Shown here one piece after another: positions 1 to 11,816 of a stretch of 64,000 bases of DNA. The number at the start of each line of letters is the position of its first letter. Positions within the stretch are counted from its first letter, which is position 1. This stretch comes from Chiloscyllium plagiosum (lineage: Eukaryota). The translations under genes were made by a program, and so were the position numbers. The notes beneath the pieces are model-generated. The model had not been told where the DNA came from. It searched no databases and saw nothing but the letters and a program-made list of their open reading frames with translations. The stretch covers positions 7,895,946 through 7,959,945 of the forward strand of contig NC_057750.1 in assembly GCF_004010195.1 (NCBI RefSeq), given 5' to 3'.

Positions 1-507
1 CAGATATTGGAACTTGAATTCAGTGAAAATCCAGAATTAAGAGTCTAACAATGACTATGAATCCATGGTCAGGGAAAGACCCGCCTAGTTCACTAATGGT
101 CTTTAGGGAAGGAAACTGCCATCCTGGTCTGGTATACATGTTACTCCAGATCCACAGCCAATAGAGTTAACTGTTAAACTACCCTCTGGGCAATAAATAG
201 TGTCCTGTCCAGTGATGGCCTCATCCCGTAAATGAACAAGAAGAACCCACTGTTAGTTTTAAATGCCCCTCACTATGAGTTTTCCAATGGGTTTTACCCC
301 GCAGCAGTGCCCAGAAGATTAACATCAATACTCGGGAAATTCCAGGGCAATTCTGGAGAGTTGGCATTCGAACCTAAATGCCAAGGAGCTCACGAAACAA
401 AATAACTAATGACATTTCCCTGAAAGTGCACATGCACAAGATTAAGAGAGAGCTCCAATTGCCAGTTCAATCTGTTCAAGTAAGGGTGAGTGTCCCATAT
501 ATTAAGA

Positions 508-513
508 TTTAAT
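508..513 (-). terminator. Candidate polyadenylation signal ATTAAA (would give a 3'UTR of about 1.55 kb)
   Basis: ATTAAA on the minus strand preceded by U-rich sequence. No transcript evidence. Confidence 0.3.
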
Positions 514-802
514 TTTTACTTTTTTGAAACAAAAGAAAACTTTCAGAAAATACCATCAACAAACGGCCAAAATCTATTCAACAACTTGTCTTCAAGTTTA
601 CATTGTCCCCCTCCAGCCTCCATCCCGTGGTCAATGTAGTGTGCTCCACACCTCTCGATGTCTCTACAATTGTAATTGATTTCTCATGGAGAGTGCTTGC
701 TCTGACTCGACTCCAAATGGACCTGACGTTCCAGGTTTAGCCTTCAGTCCTCTCCAGCCCAGAGCAAAACAAAAGAAGCAAGACCCTAAACCCAGGAAAA
801 GA

Positions 803-1100
803 AAGAACGTGCAATGATATAGCGCCTCTCACATCCTCGGGGTGTCCCAAAGAGTGTTGCACAGCCAATGAAGGGCTTTTCAAGTGTCGCTCCCTGTAGT
901 AAATGCAGCAGCCAATTTACGCAAACATCCAACAAACATCAGTATGGTAAATGAACAGAACATCTGTATCTCTTTTGTTTAAGATGTCAGTGGAAGAATA
1001 AATATTAGCCCGGTCATTCCCTACCCTAGTTTTTCTTTGGAGTCATGACTTGGAATCTTCCATTCCCACCTGACTTGGGTGGAGGGTGGGGTTTAAACAC
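803..1100 (-). mobile_element. Old, diverged Deu-domain-like SINE in the putative 3'UTR
   Basis: Reverse complement resembles the AmnSINE1/SacSINE1-type 3' end (CTTTGGGACA...AGGCGCTATAT...TGCA). Similar decayed copies near 27420, 42040, 54200, 55150. Recognised from memory only. Confidence 0.4.
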
Positions 1101-2049
1101 TTGCAATGGGGGTGAGGGGGAAGGAAAATAAAGATACCTTGTGAAGCGCGGCAACCTCCTTCCCCCAAAGTCTTGGCACTGGGGTGTTGACCTGTACGTT
1201 GCTCCCAAGTGACTGAACCTACATCCTCCCAGCTCGTGGTGTTCAGCTGTACCATGGTTAAAGATGTTCGTGTACAGAAACCCACCCGCATGCCAGAGGG
1301 AGTCACTACAGAAGATGCTGATACCAAGGCGTTGTATAAAAGCAAGTGCGTTTTTCATTTTCCTCCCTTGCGCACACCTCCCCCCGACAAGCAAAACAAA
1401 ACCATGTCAGAGGAAGATGGGGCATATACCCTGGCACCCAAGCCCTCCTTGCCCTAACAACTATGAGGGGGGCACAGACTTGTAACACACAAAAAAACCA
1501 AATAATGGTAAACCACAGCACAGCTGCAGCATCGCAGACAAAGAGAGGAACTGCTGGAAGTGGTGTAAAACCAAGACATAAATGGCACTGCTGCCACAGG
1601 CGGTGTCAATATACAGCGGGCCCATGAGCCACTCTTAAAACACTGTTGGTTTCTCGATTTTTTTTGCTTTGGAGACAAAGGTCAAAACTAGTCCAAAAAT
1701 AGTCCAAGGAGGCTTTTCTCAGAATCACTAGCAGCTGATTGGTGAAACATTGGAACCCCTAAACCACCAGTCCTCAGGCTCGTATCCTTCTAGGCCCCGA
1801 GGGCAGGTAGGTGGCGTAGAGGTGGGGGGAGCGTGGTGAAGGGGAAAATAATGCCTCGTGTGGTCATGGACTTCTCAAAAGCAAAAGGAAACCTCATGTC
1901 ACCCCAATCACACTCTTCAAATTTCATCATGTTTTGCAGGAGAGGGAAAGGGGCTAGAGGTTGGAGAGTTTTTCTGATTTTCTGAACAGGTGTGTTAGGA
2001 GGTTCCAAGGTATTTGTCAGCTGGATGCTCCGATCCACGGAGCTAGGCC

Positions 2050-2284
2050 TCACATCACTGATTCCTTCTCCAGCGAGCCGCTCTCCTTTTTCAAGGGCTC
2101 TTTCGTGTCTTTCTTCATGAGTGGCGATCCTTCCTCGTCAGGCCTCTCCTGGATTGCTGCTTCTGTTTTTACCTCAGTGAGCTCCTCCACTCGCTGGCTG
2201 GATTTCTGCCTGTCAGTGTAAGACTGGAGGAGGCCGGCCCCGAAAGCGTCACCTTCCACATTGAGGACGGTGCAAGTGCGATCT
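2050..2284 (-). CDS. SLC1A5: SLC1A5 last coding exon (DRTCTVLNVEGDAFGAG...EKESVM*)
   Basis: ttgtag|AGAT. TM8 DRxC has Cys as in ASCT2 (Thr in ASCT1, Arg in EAATs); C-terminal PDZ-type ESVM as in ASCT2; TGA stop. Confidence 0.95.
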
Positions 2285-4218
2285 CTACAACCAAACAGAC
2301 ATGTACTCGTTAGATCTGCCACAGACTCGTCTCTCTCGATTGTAAACCTCAGCTTGCTCCCTCCCTCCCCCCACCTCACTTGCATTAAGACCATAAGAAA
2401 TAGAGGTGGAAGTAAGGCCATTCAGCCCATCAAGTCCACTCCGCCATTTAATCTCAGCTGATGAGCATTTCAATGCCAATTACCCACACTCTCCCCATAT
2501 CCCTTAATTCCTTGCGAGAAGGTGTGGAAACCTCGATAAAGTAGGCCATTCAGCCCTTCGAGCCTGCTCCGCCACTCAGTATAATCATGGCTGACCCTCT
2601 AACTTAACACAACACTCCCATACCCTTCGATGCCTTTTTCTTTCAGTAACTTGGTCTCTGCAACCTTCTGAGGTAGAGAATTTCACAGGTTCACTATCCT
2701 TTGAGTAAAGAACAGTTTCCTCCTCTCAATCCCGAAATGGTCTACCCTACAACCTAAGTCTAATTCTCTGGTTCTAGACTCCCCACCCAGGGGAAACATC
2801 CTCCCTCCATCCAGCCCTGTTAGAATCTTGCACAATTGAATCAGATCATCTCTCAAGCTTCTAAACCCTCAGAAGACAGGCCCAGCCGAACCCATTTCTC
2901 CTTAAAGGCAGTCCTTCCATCCTAGTCTCAGCCTAGTGAACCTCCAATGCACTCCCTCTATGGCAAGGATATCTTTTCTGAGGTAAGGATACCAAATCTG
3001 CATACATTACTGAAAGTCTGGTCTTACCAAGGCCCTGTGTAACTATGATAAAGCCACCCCGGCCTCTGAACTCAAATCCTCTTGCAATGAAGGCCAGCAT
3101 TGGTCATCCCAATCATTTGCTGTACCTGCCTGTCTCATTGACTGGACATACATCCATACTTCCCAATGTACCACCATTTCAAAAATACTCTTCCTTTCTG
3201 TTTAGTCTAGAAATCTAGAAGTTCACATTTAGCACCAGTTTTCAAAGGAGACCAGCAATCCTCAGAAGTAGGTGAATTTTGGCCGATTATTTGCCTCTAG
3301 CAGGCCTCACGGCTAAGTCTGAATATATGCTTAATAGACTCTTTGGAGCCTAGGGAGGGTGGGGTTATTGATTAACATCCGTCAGTGGGAATTCAGGCTG
3401 CTATCTTCTTGTTACTGACTTATCTGGGCAGAGATAGAGAGAGAAGCTGTTGTTTTCAGTGCCTCTATTCTCTGTAGCCATTCTTTCAAGATTGTAAAGA
3501 ATTAGCGTTTATACTTTGGTATGAAAATAGGATTCAAGCATACAACTAACACACCATTTTCCTGCCCGGACTGGCAGTGCAGCTGTAGAAATACTGTGGC
3601 AACAAGAGCAGGTCAGAAGGTGGGAATCCGGCAGCGAGTAACTCACCTCCTGTCTCCTCAAGGTCTATCTAAAAGTCAGGATTGTGTTGGAATAGACTAC
3701 ACTTGTCTGGATAGGTGCACACGAGAAGCTCAGCAACACCTAGTATAAAGCAGTCTACTTGATAGGAACCCATTCCACCTCCTTTTGCACTGATAAAGAC
3801 ATGTTCTCTTGCTCTCTCACCTCGGGTGCTGTCTGACCTGCACTTGTCCAACATTTGTTGTCTCCACCACCTTCAACATCTGCTCCCTCCACCACTGAAG
3901 GTCAGTAGCTGCAGTGTGTACCATCGACAAGATGCACTGCCGAAATTTACCCAGGCCCCTTAGCACCTTCCAAACCCACAACCTCTCCATTCCCCAAACA
4001 TCAAGGACAGCAGATGTATGGGAACACCACCCCCTGTACGCTCCCCTCTGATTCGCTTGCCATCCCGACTTGGAGATATGTTGCCGTTCCTTGAATGGGT
4101 CAAAATGCTGGGACTCCCTCCCTATCAACATTATGGGAGGCCCTAAACTACAGCTGCACCACCATCTTCCCAAGGACAGCAAACCTGCCACCCTGCACCA
4201 GGACAAAAGGCTACTTAC

Positions 4219-4353
4219 ACCAGCCAATCAACAGCGAGCACCAGCGATATCTCTTTCGTGGGCAGCCCCACAGCCTCCAGGATGATGGCGAGGGTCAGAA
4301 TACCACCTGCAGGGATGCCAGCAGCACCAACACTTGAGGCAGTGGCTGTCACT
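4219..4353 (-). CDS. SLC1A5: SLC1A5 exon 7 (135 nt, [31 protein letters not shown]...AVDWL)
   Basis: ttttccag|AGTG...CTGGT|gtaagt. HP2 motif. Confidence 0.95.
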
Positions 4354-5209
4354 CTGGAAAAGAAGGACCAGCTCAATTCAGACGAGTGGGACTAGAGAAC
4401 CGGTGGACCTTCGGTCCCAAACCAGATGTGCGCCCCTCCCACCCCGTTCTGAGTAGCACAGAGGCAGGGGATGGTTGAGCTAACTTCACTAATACATCCA
4501 AGTGGCCATTTCAGAGTCCAACTAAAGGCTTAAAGTTGTCCTGGAGTCAAATACAGACCCAACTTGTACAAGGATAGCAGATTTCTAATCTAGAGGTCAC
4601 TGCTAGCCAGTTTTATGACAGTACAATATCAATAAACAAATCTCTTCTGGCGGTTAACTGTCAATCAGGTGCATTCTCCATGGTAACACCTCTGTCAAAG
4701 TGCACTTGCCAAACAAAAGTACTCTCCCCTCATGTTGTATATATGTGGATTTCCCCTAGAATTGGTCTTCTTGCAAACTGTACTGATGAATGCAATTTGA
4801 AAATTTAATAAAATGTGTTGTTTTGTTCAGCAGTGACTGTTCTTCTTTATGAATCAGGGGTTAAGGCCAATTGTAGAGAATCAGTGCTCGAGATAGGGCA
4901 CCTCGGTAACAAAATTGCGTCAAACGGCCTGTTTCTACATCGCAACAGTTCGGCCAAGAGGGCAGGCGAGAACATGCGCACGTGTACAGGACAGAATGAG
5001 GCCGTGGTGTGATGCACACCACAGTTGAGTGGCCTGCCAGCACTCAACTTTTATTTAATGACAAGAGGCAGGCTGGCATCTCTGGAACAGTGTTTCTGAA
5101 AGACATCATTGCCTTCAATTGCCTGTAGTTAATAATCGAGGAGTCTGCCCCAATTCGATCCAGTTCCTGTTCCGGGCAGCGGGCCAGTGATAGAAGTTGT
5201 ATAAAGAGT

Positions 5210-5445
5210 AGGGAGCTGGTTAGTTCAGTTGGCTGAATGGCTGGTTTGCAATACAGAGTGAGACCAACAGCATGGGTTCAATTCCTGCGTTGGCTGAGGT
5301 TACAGTGAAGGATTCTCAATCTCACCCTCTTCCCTCACTCAACGGGTGGTGACACTCAGGTTAAACCACCACCAGTCATCTCTGTCTCTAATGGGATGGG
5401 CGCAGCCCTATGGTCTGATAGGACTATGGCAACATTACCTTTTAT
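5210..5445 (+). mobile_element. Third tRNA-derived SINE family (representative)
   Basis: TAGTTCAGTTGG...GGTTCAATTCC boxes; copies near 20305, 28700, 38390-38700, 58400. Confidence 0.6.
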
Positions 5446-6705
5446 CTTTTACACAGAGTATTCCCGGGATGGCCTTGAACAGACCAGAGAGGAGATATTT
5501 ATCCTGAAAGCATTGATAAGTTTAAAAAATACAAATGAAATAATGATATAAGGTCTGGGTATTGACATCAAGGCTTGACTAACTGCTATGTAAATATGAC
5601 GTTTTGTAAAATTGACAAATTTTGGTTTAGCATTTTGTTATAAGCTTTTGCAGCTTTCTCGCTCACATTGTTCACTTGAAAAAGATCGAACTGTCAATCA
5701 AGCGCTTCCGGGTCCTCCAAGGTTGTGAATGCTGCTATAGGAATGCAGGTATTTCACTCCACTTACGGCTAGCCTCTTAATCTATCTCACGTGCACTTCA
5801 TACCTCAACAACTTGCATTTATACAGCACCTTTCATGAGGATTTAACACACTTCACAGGAACACAATTAAAAGTTTAGTTAATGATGTCGATTTTATTGA
5901 GTGTTATTATCTGAGGTGAGGTGAGGGAATTCCTGAGCTAAGGAGCCAGGCAGTTCAAGGCATGGCTGCTAATGGATAAGCAATTAAAATAGGACATGCG
6001 CAAGACTCGAGAATTAGAGACGAGAAAAGGCATCTGAATTACCATGAACAGTTTTGGTTCCCTTCTCTAAGGGGAGATTGTGCACAGAAGGTTCACTCAT
6101 CTGATCCCGGGTACGAAGAGACTGTCTTACGAGGAGGGGGTGAGTAGTTTGGGCCTGTACTCACTGGAATTTAAAAGAGTAAGAGGTGACCTTATTGAAA
6201 CATGCAAGATTTTACAGGACTTGACAGGGGGAGGTGTGGAGGGATTGTTTCCACTTGTGGAGGAGTCTAGGACCACAGGGTATAATCTCACAATGAGGAG
6301 TCGCATATTTAGGACAGAAATGAAGAGGAATTTCTTCTCTCAGAGTGTAGTGAGGCTGTAGAATTCTTTACCACAGAAGGCCATTGAGGCTGAGTTATTA
6401 AGTAAGATCAAGGCTGAGGTAGACAGATTTTTAATCGGGAAGGGAATTGAGAGTTATGGGGAAAAGGCGGGTAGATTCTGAGGTCAGTCGTGATGGTGGA
6501 GCGGACTCGATAGGCTGAATGGCCCACTCTGCCCCCATGTGTTATGGGTCTCTCTAATGATCTTTGAGAGGACCTTCAATTAAACCTGCACCATTCCTCA
6601 AATTGTGCCTTTCGAGCATTTTATACAACTCCCTTTTGAATGAAGTAGCCCTTTCAGGCAGTTTACTCCGTTGTGATGCATTTCAGCGAGCATGCTTGTA
6701 CTCAC

Positions 6706-6900
6706 AATATGGCGATGACCTGGACAAAGTTGAGCGAGACATTGTTGAGCTGAGCAATGAACACAGCAGCGACACACTGGAAGAGAGCAGCACCGTCCAT
6801 GTTCACAGTTGCGCCGATGGGCAGTATAAAGCGGCTGATTTGCTTACTGACACCGTTGTTCTCTTCCACACATTTCATCATGAGGGGTAGTGTGGCAGAA
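6706..6900 (-). CDS. SLC1A5: SLC1A5 exon 6 (195 nt, [10 protein letters not shown]...GATVNMDG...QVIAI)
   Basis: (ct)n-ccccag|TTCT...ATATT|gtgagt. Contains the TM7 NMDG motif. Confidence 0.95.
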
Positions 6901-6905
6901 CTGGG

Positions 6906-6937
<32 letters not shown>

Positions 6938-6959
6938 ATGAAAAAACACTGAGGGAATG

Positions 6960-7300
6960 AACTTGATAGAGGTTTATAAGATGATCAGAGGAATCGATAG
7001 AGTAGACAGTCAGAAACTTTTTACCCGGGTACAACAGAGTTACAAGGGGACATAAATTTAAGGTGAAGGGTGGAAGGTATAGGGGAGATGTCAGGGGTGG
7101 GTTCTTTACCCAGAGAGTGGTGGGGGCATGGAATGCGCTGCCCGTGGGTGTGGTAGAGTCGGAATCATTGGCGACCTTTAAGCGGCATTTGGATAGGTAC
7201 ATGGATGGGTACTTAATCTAGGTTAGAAGTTCGGCACAACATCGTGGGCCGAAGGGCCTGTTCTGTGCTGTATTGTTCTATGTTCTATGTTCTATGTTCT
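6960..7300 (+). mobile_element. CR1/HER1-type LINE 3' end with (TTCTATG)n tail
   Basis: LIEVYK...[14 protein letters not shown] motif; tandem 7-mer tail. Confidence 0.8.
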
Positions 7301-7329
7301 AATCCTTAGTGGGATGAGTGTGTCACTGA

Positions 7330-7887
7330 TGAAATAACTCCACAGAGGCCGGTAACCCATCCCCCTTTATTAACACACGGAGAGTCCCTGACACTGACCC
7401 AGCTCCCTCAGAGCCAGCTCTTAGAGTGAGCAGAACCCCTGACACGCCTGATTCTTTTCTTCTCTCTCCCCCACACTACCGCCTAACCACGGTAGTGCTT
7501 AATTTTTCCCCAGCCCCCATGTTGTGTGCGTGCAGGTGTGAGACACAGTGAGAGACACAAGGTGCACGAATCTTTATTCAAATTTCCACCACCAGGAAGA
7601 AAGGAAACACCCGAGTGGCCAGTGACAAGCAGTGCCCTTCACATCAAAGGGCAGTGCTGTGTGATCAAACAGTGAAGGGGAGGGCAGGGCTTAAATCAAA
7701 ATAGAATTGGAGGGGGAAATAATACACTCCACTCCCTGCGGCACCCACCTCCCCCTGAACAACTCCAGGGGACACTCCTGTTTCTATCTGTCAGCCCAGG
7801 CTCCCCGATTGGACCAGGTTAACAGCCCCAATCAGGGAACTCAGATTCTATGAGGTCCACCTGGCTGACCTCATTACAGTCACTACT
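7330..7887 (-). mobile_element. Solo LTR of the same family with a nested non-LTR 3' fragment (7451-7770)
   Basis: Matches the 43308 family; the insert is flanked by GACACGCCTG / GACACTCCTG. Other copies at 40148-40615, 49900-50082, 63890-64000. Confidence 0.6.
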
Positions 7888-8170
7888 GTTATCACACTCC
7901 CTGACCAAACTTGGTCAAGTTTATCTACTCTACTCCATGCATTGCTACACACTAAAAAACAAACAAAAACAGAAATTGCTGGAAAAACACAGTGGGTCTG
8001 ACAGCATTTGTGGACAGAAAGTGGAGGTAAACGTTTCAGGTCCAGTGATGCTTCTGTTTGCTAAATAAGTACAGCTCACGAAAAAGCGCTTTAAGTGCAA
8101 AAAGGCATCCTAAGACCCTGACAAAGAGACAAAGTATCCAGCATTGGTTCCATATTGTTTCCGAGCCTAC

Positions 8171-8404
8171 CTGGAGGAAGTTCCAAAGGCTGTAGCCAAG
8201 GCTGTGAAGATGCCCCACAGGAAGCTGTAAGGATTTTTACGAGTGAACACAAAGTAGATGAGGGGCAGGACGATTAAGCCGTGAATGAGGTGGCCCACTA
8301 TGCAGCAGCAGATGTACTTCCCGAGGCTGGTAAAAAGCATGAGGACATCTTCCATCTCCACAATCTTGCCAGCAACTAGGAACATGATACCGAAAGGAGC
8401 ATAC
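8171..8404 (-). CDS. SLC1A5: SLC1A5 exon 5 (234 nt, [19 protein letters not shown]...TAFGTSS)
   Basis: ttttcccatag|GTAT...TCCAG|gtaggc. Leads into the HP1 serine-rich motif. Confidence 0.95.
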
Positions 8405-8779
8405 CTATGGGAAAAGAGCCTCATGTTAATACCCCAGCAAGTGAATCATAGAAGTAAGCCGTTCAGCCCTTTGAGTCCACACCAACCCTCTGAAAAGCAT
8501 CCCATTCAGACTCAATCCTCTATCTCATCCCTGTAATACTGCATTTCCCATGGCTAATCCACCTAGCCTTTACATCCTTAGACAGTACAGACAATTTACC
8601 ATGGCCAATCCACCTAAACTGCTACCCTAGACTGTGCATTTCCACTGCTCTCTACATAAAGAGATTGCTCTCAATTTGTGTTTATTTCTGACTTACCTGT
8701 TTTGGCTCATATCTTTAGATAGTGATGATAGATTAAACACCTTGGATTTGTAAATTAAGGTATTGCAACTCTTAAGAAT

Positions 8780-8970
8780 TCTGGATGTAAGTTTGCTCAC
8801 AGAGCTGGAAGGTTCATTTTCAGACGTTTCGTCACCATACTCGGTAACATCATCAGTGAGCCTCCACTGATGATGTTACCTAGTATGGTGGCGAAATGTC
8901 TGAAAACAAGCCTTCCAGCTCAGCGACCATCCAGAAACTCAACCTAAACTACAAATCTTCTCAAAATTCG
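8780..8970. mobile_element. Palindromic mini-Penelope insertion (intron 4)
   Basis: Inverted arms centred near 8860; same family as 17673-17966. Confidence 0.65.
8820..8858 (-). ncRNA. Minimal type I hammerhead ribozyme motif, intact core
   Basis: UCA CUGAUGA U GUUACC GAGUAU GGUGAC GAAA C GUC UGA: stem I UCA/UGA, 6-bp stem II. Confidence 0.75.
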
Positions 8971-10254
8971 GTAACTGTTATGAGTGGCCTCTGTCCACAA
9001 TTGTTTGTTGTTAATTATTTTAATTGTCTTTTAGCCTGTCCTTTTTTCTTAAAGCTGTGCCTCTTTGATCAGTCTTAAGATCAATGTTTTGAACAAAGAG
9101 TTAATTAACAGATTTTCTTTTTAAAGAGAATGGTAAGGGTCATGAAACAGCTAGTGCAAACACAATGGGCCAACTGGCCTCCTCCTGTCCCATAACAATT
9201 CTGTGCAACGTTGAAGCTTTTTTAATAAAGATTTTTCTTCCTCTCCTTTCATGGGTGCTGCTGGTAAGGTCAGTATTTGTTGCCCATCCCTAATTGCCCT
9301 GTGAACTGGCAGATAAGAGTTGACTACAATGTTATGTAGTCAATATCTTGACTGGACTGGGTCAGGATGGCAGATTCCTTTCCCTAAAAGGGCATAAGTG
9401 AACTAGATGGGTTTTTGCAACTATTGACTATAGTTTCAAGAGTTTATGTGAACTTAGTTATTGATTGGATTTCAATTCCACCATCTGCCAGGGTGGGATT
9501 TGAAACCGTGTCCCCAGATCATTAGACCAGGCCTTTGGATTACTGACCTAAGGACCTCACCACTGTGACACTGCCAATGGCCAGTTGAGAGGTAGTCTTG
9601 TGTGTACACAACTGATCCTGCAGTCATATGGGCTCAGTGGTTAATGAGCCGAAACAGCTAAGTCAGAAATAAAACACAAATTGAGAGCAATCTCTTTATG
9701 TAGAGAGCAATGGAAATGAGGAACCTACTATCACAGAGGGTCAGAAGTCACATGACACCAGGTTATAGTCCAACAGGTTTATTTGAAATCACAAGCTTTC
9801 AGAGCGCTGCCTGTTCATCTGGCTCATTCCTACTTGGTTTACATGTTTTGGTTAACAATGTGGTTCCGTTTACAGCTACATTGTTGGCAACTTCTCTCAG
9901 TGACATTTTCCTCCTCAGTTACAAAGATAAGATCTGAGAACACTTCATTTAACCGATTATGACACGCATTCTCTGTTTAGACACAGTTTGATGCTGAAAG
10001 TGAGCACACTCATGCAGAGGAAAAGAAAATGGGACAGCACTATACACACTGTTCACCAAAATGATCCTTTTGCTTATTGGGACCTTCTGTTCCGAAAGCT
10101 CTCTTTTCCAGGTTCTTTACACTTGGTCTCAGGAGGCAAAGAGTGATTGGAACATTAACTGCACTGTCTCTTAAGTTACTGATACAAGGCCACCACTTAC
10201 AGCAACTGGTGAGGGAAAATAGTTTTCTTCAGGAAGACACCCCAGCAAAACTGG

Positions 10255-10830
10255 AATCAATGGGCATGTGGGGACAAAATGTCCGGTTGGTGTTGTACCT
10301 GGCACATAGGAAGATGATTGTGGTTGTTGAAGGTCAGTTCTCTCAGCTCCAGGACATCTCTTCAGGAGTTCCTTAGGGTAGTGTCCTCGGCCCAACTATC
10401 TACAGCTGCTTTAGCAATGACCTTCCCTCCGTCATAAGGTCAGAAGTGGGGATGTTCGCCGATGATTGCCCAATGTTCAGCACCATTTGTGACTCCTTAG
10501 ATACTGCAGCAGTTCATGTTCAACTGCAACAAGTTCTGGACAATATCCAGGCTTTGGCTGACAAGTGGCAAGTAACATTCTTGCCATACAAATGCCAGAC
10601 TATGACCATCAACAATAAGAGAAAATCTAACTATCGACCCCTTGATGTTTAGTGGCGTTACAATCACTGAATCCCCTACCATCAACATCCTGAGGGTCAC
10701 CATTGACCAGAACTCAACGGGACTTACTACATAAACACAGTGGCTACAAAGCAGGTCAGAGGCTAGGAATACTGCAGCGAGTAACTCACCTAACTCCTCC
10801 AAAACCTGTCCACCATCGACAAGGCGCAAG
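10255..10830 (+). mobile_element. CR1/L2-clade reverse transcriptase fragment (intron 4)
   Basis: GVP*GSVLGP...NDLP...MFADDC RT motifs, frameshifted. Related pieces near 3540-4200, 34470-35150, 37430-37850, 61860-62310. Confidence 0.75.
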
Positions 10831-10857
10831 AAACGGAGACAGGGTGACCCCACTTAC

Positions 10858-11024
10858 CACATGATCCATGAGACCAGGACCATAGTGGCCTCATTGAAGG
10901 AGTTGAAGAAACGGATAAGGTTCTCGCCCTCTGGTCCGAGTTTCCGCAGAGCGATCCCAAAGACAATGGCGAAGACAACCAGCCCCAGGATGTTCATAGC
11001 ATCCGCGCTGCTTCCTTTGGGAAT
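10858..11024 (-). CDS. SLC1A5: SLC1A5 exon 4 (167 nt, [23 protein letters not shown]...[12 protein letters not shown])
   Basis: ttctccag|ATT...ATGTG|gtaagt. MNILGLVVF and [10 protein letters not shown] motifs. Confidence 0.95.
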
Positions 11025-11469
11025 CTGGAGAACAGGAAAAAGGAAGATTGGACTTTATACTTTGGGACTTGCTAAAGCACTTTACCAACCAATTGAAGTT
11101 TTTTTTTTGTATCATTGGCCGCACTGTGATTCAGCAAACACGGTAGCTAAGTCGAGCACAGCAAGATCCCACAAAGAGCAACATCTTGAAACAAAAACAG
11201 AAAGTGCCTTAAAAACTCAGCAGGTCTGGCAGTATCTGTGGAGAGAGAAAAACAAAGCGAACGCTTTGTGTCCTCTGACCCTTTCTCAGGATGTTCTGAG
11301 TTAAAACGTTAACTTTGGTTTTCTCTCTACCGATGCTGCCAGGCCTGCTGAGTTTCTCCAGCAACTTCTGTTTCAGATTTCCAGCATCCACACTCCTTTA
11401 TTTCATCTTTAGAAATGTGCTGAAGATCAGTTTGTTTTTATCTTAATTTGTCATCTCTTTTCCACTTAC

Positions 11470-11559
11470 TTTTAAATCTTTTTCTTCAATGCCTGTAATA
11501 TTTCCAAATTCATCAGTGATGTTCTTGGAGAATTTGACGACCTGGTAAGTTGTAGCATA
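11470..11559 (-). CDS. SLC1A5: SLC1A5 exon 3 (90 nt, YATTYQVVKFSKNITDEFGNITGIEEKDLK)
   Basis: ttctcctcag|TAT...AAA|gtaagt. Phase 0-0, open frame; resembles human YSTTY...NITG. Confidence 0.9.
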
Positions 11560-11816
11560 CTGAGGAGAAAATACTATTTGTGAATCACTCGTACACAAAT
11601 AAAGCTGCACAAACTATACAACAATCACAATGAGAAGGACAACTGCCTGTTCAGAAAGAAAATATTCCACCCAACGATGATGAGGATTCATTCTGATCAG
11701 ACAGACAGTCAAGCTTTATCACCACCTCCACATGCACACAACATCTAACTAATACACTCACAATTTCTCCAATCAAAACCCATCTCTCTTTTTCCCTAAC
11801 TTTCACCTGAGCCTCC

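Noticed and set aside
4775..4812. CTGATGA...GAAA hammerhead-like string in intron 6
   Set aside because: Stems I and II do not pair convincingly; at best a decayed copy.
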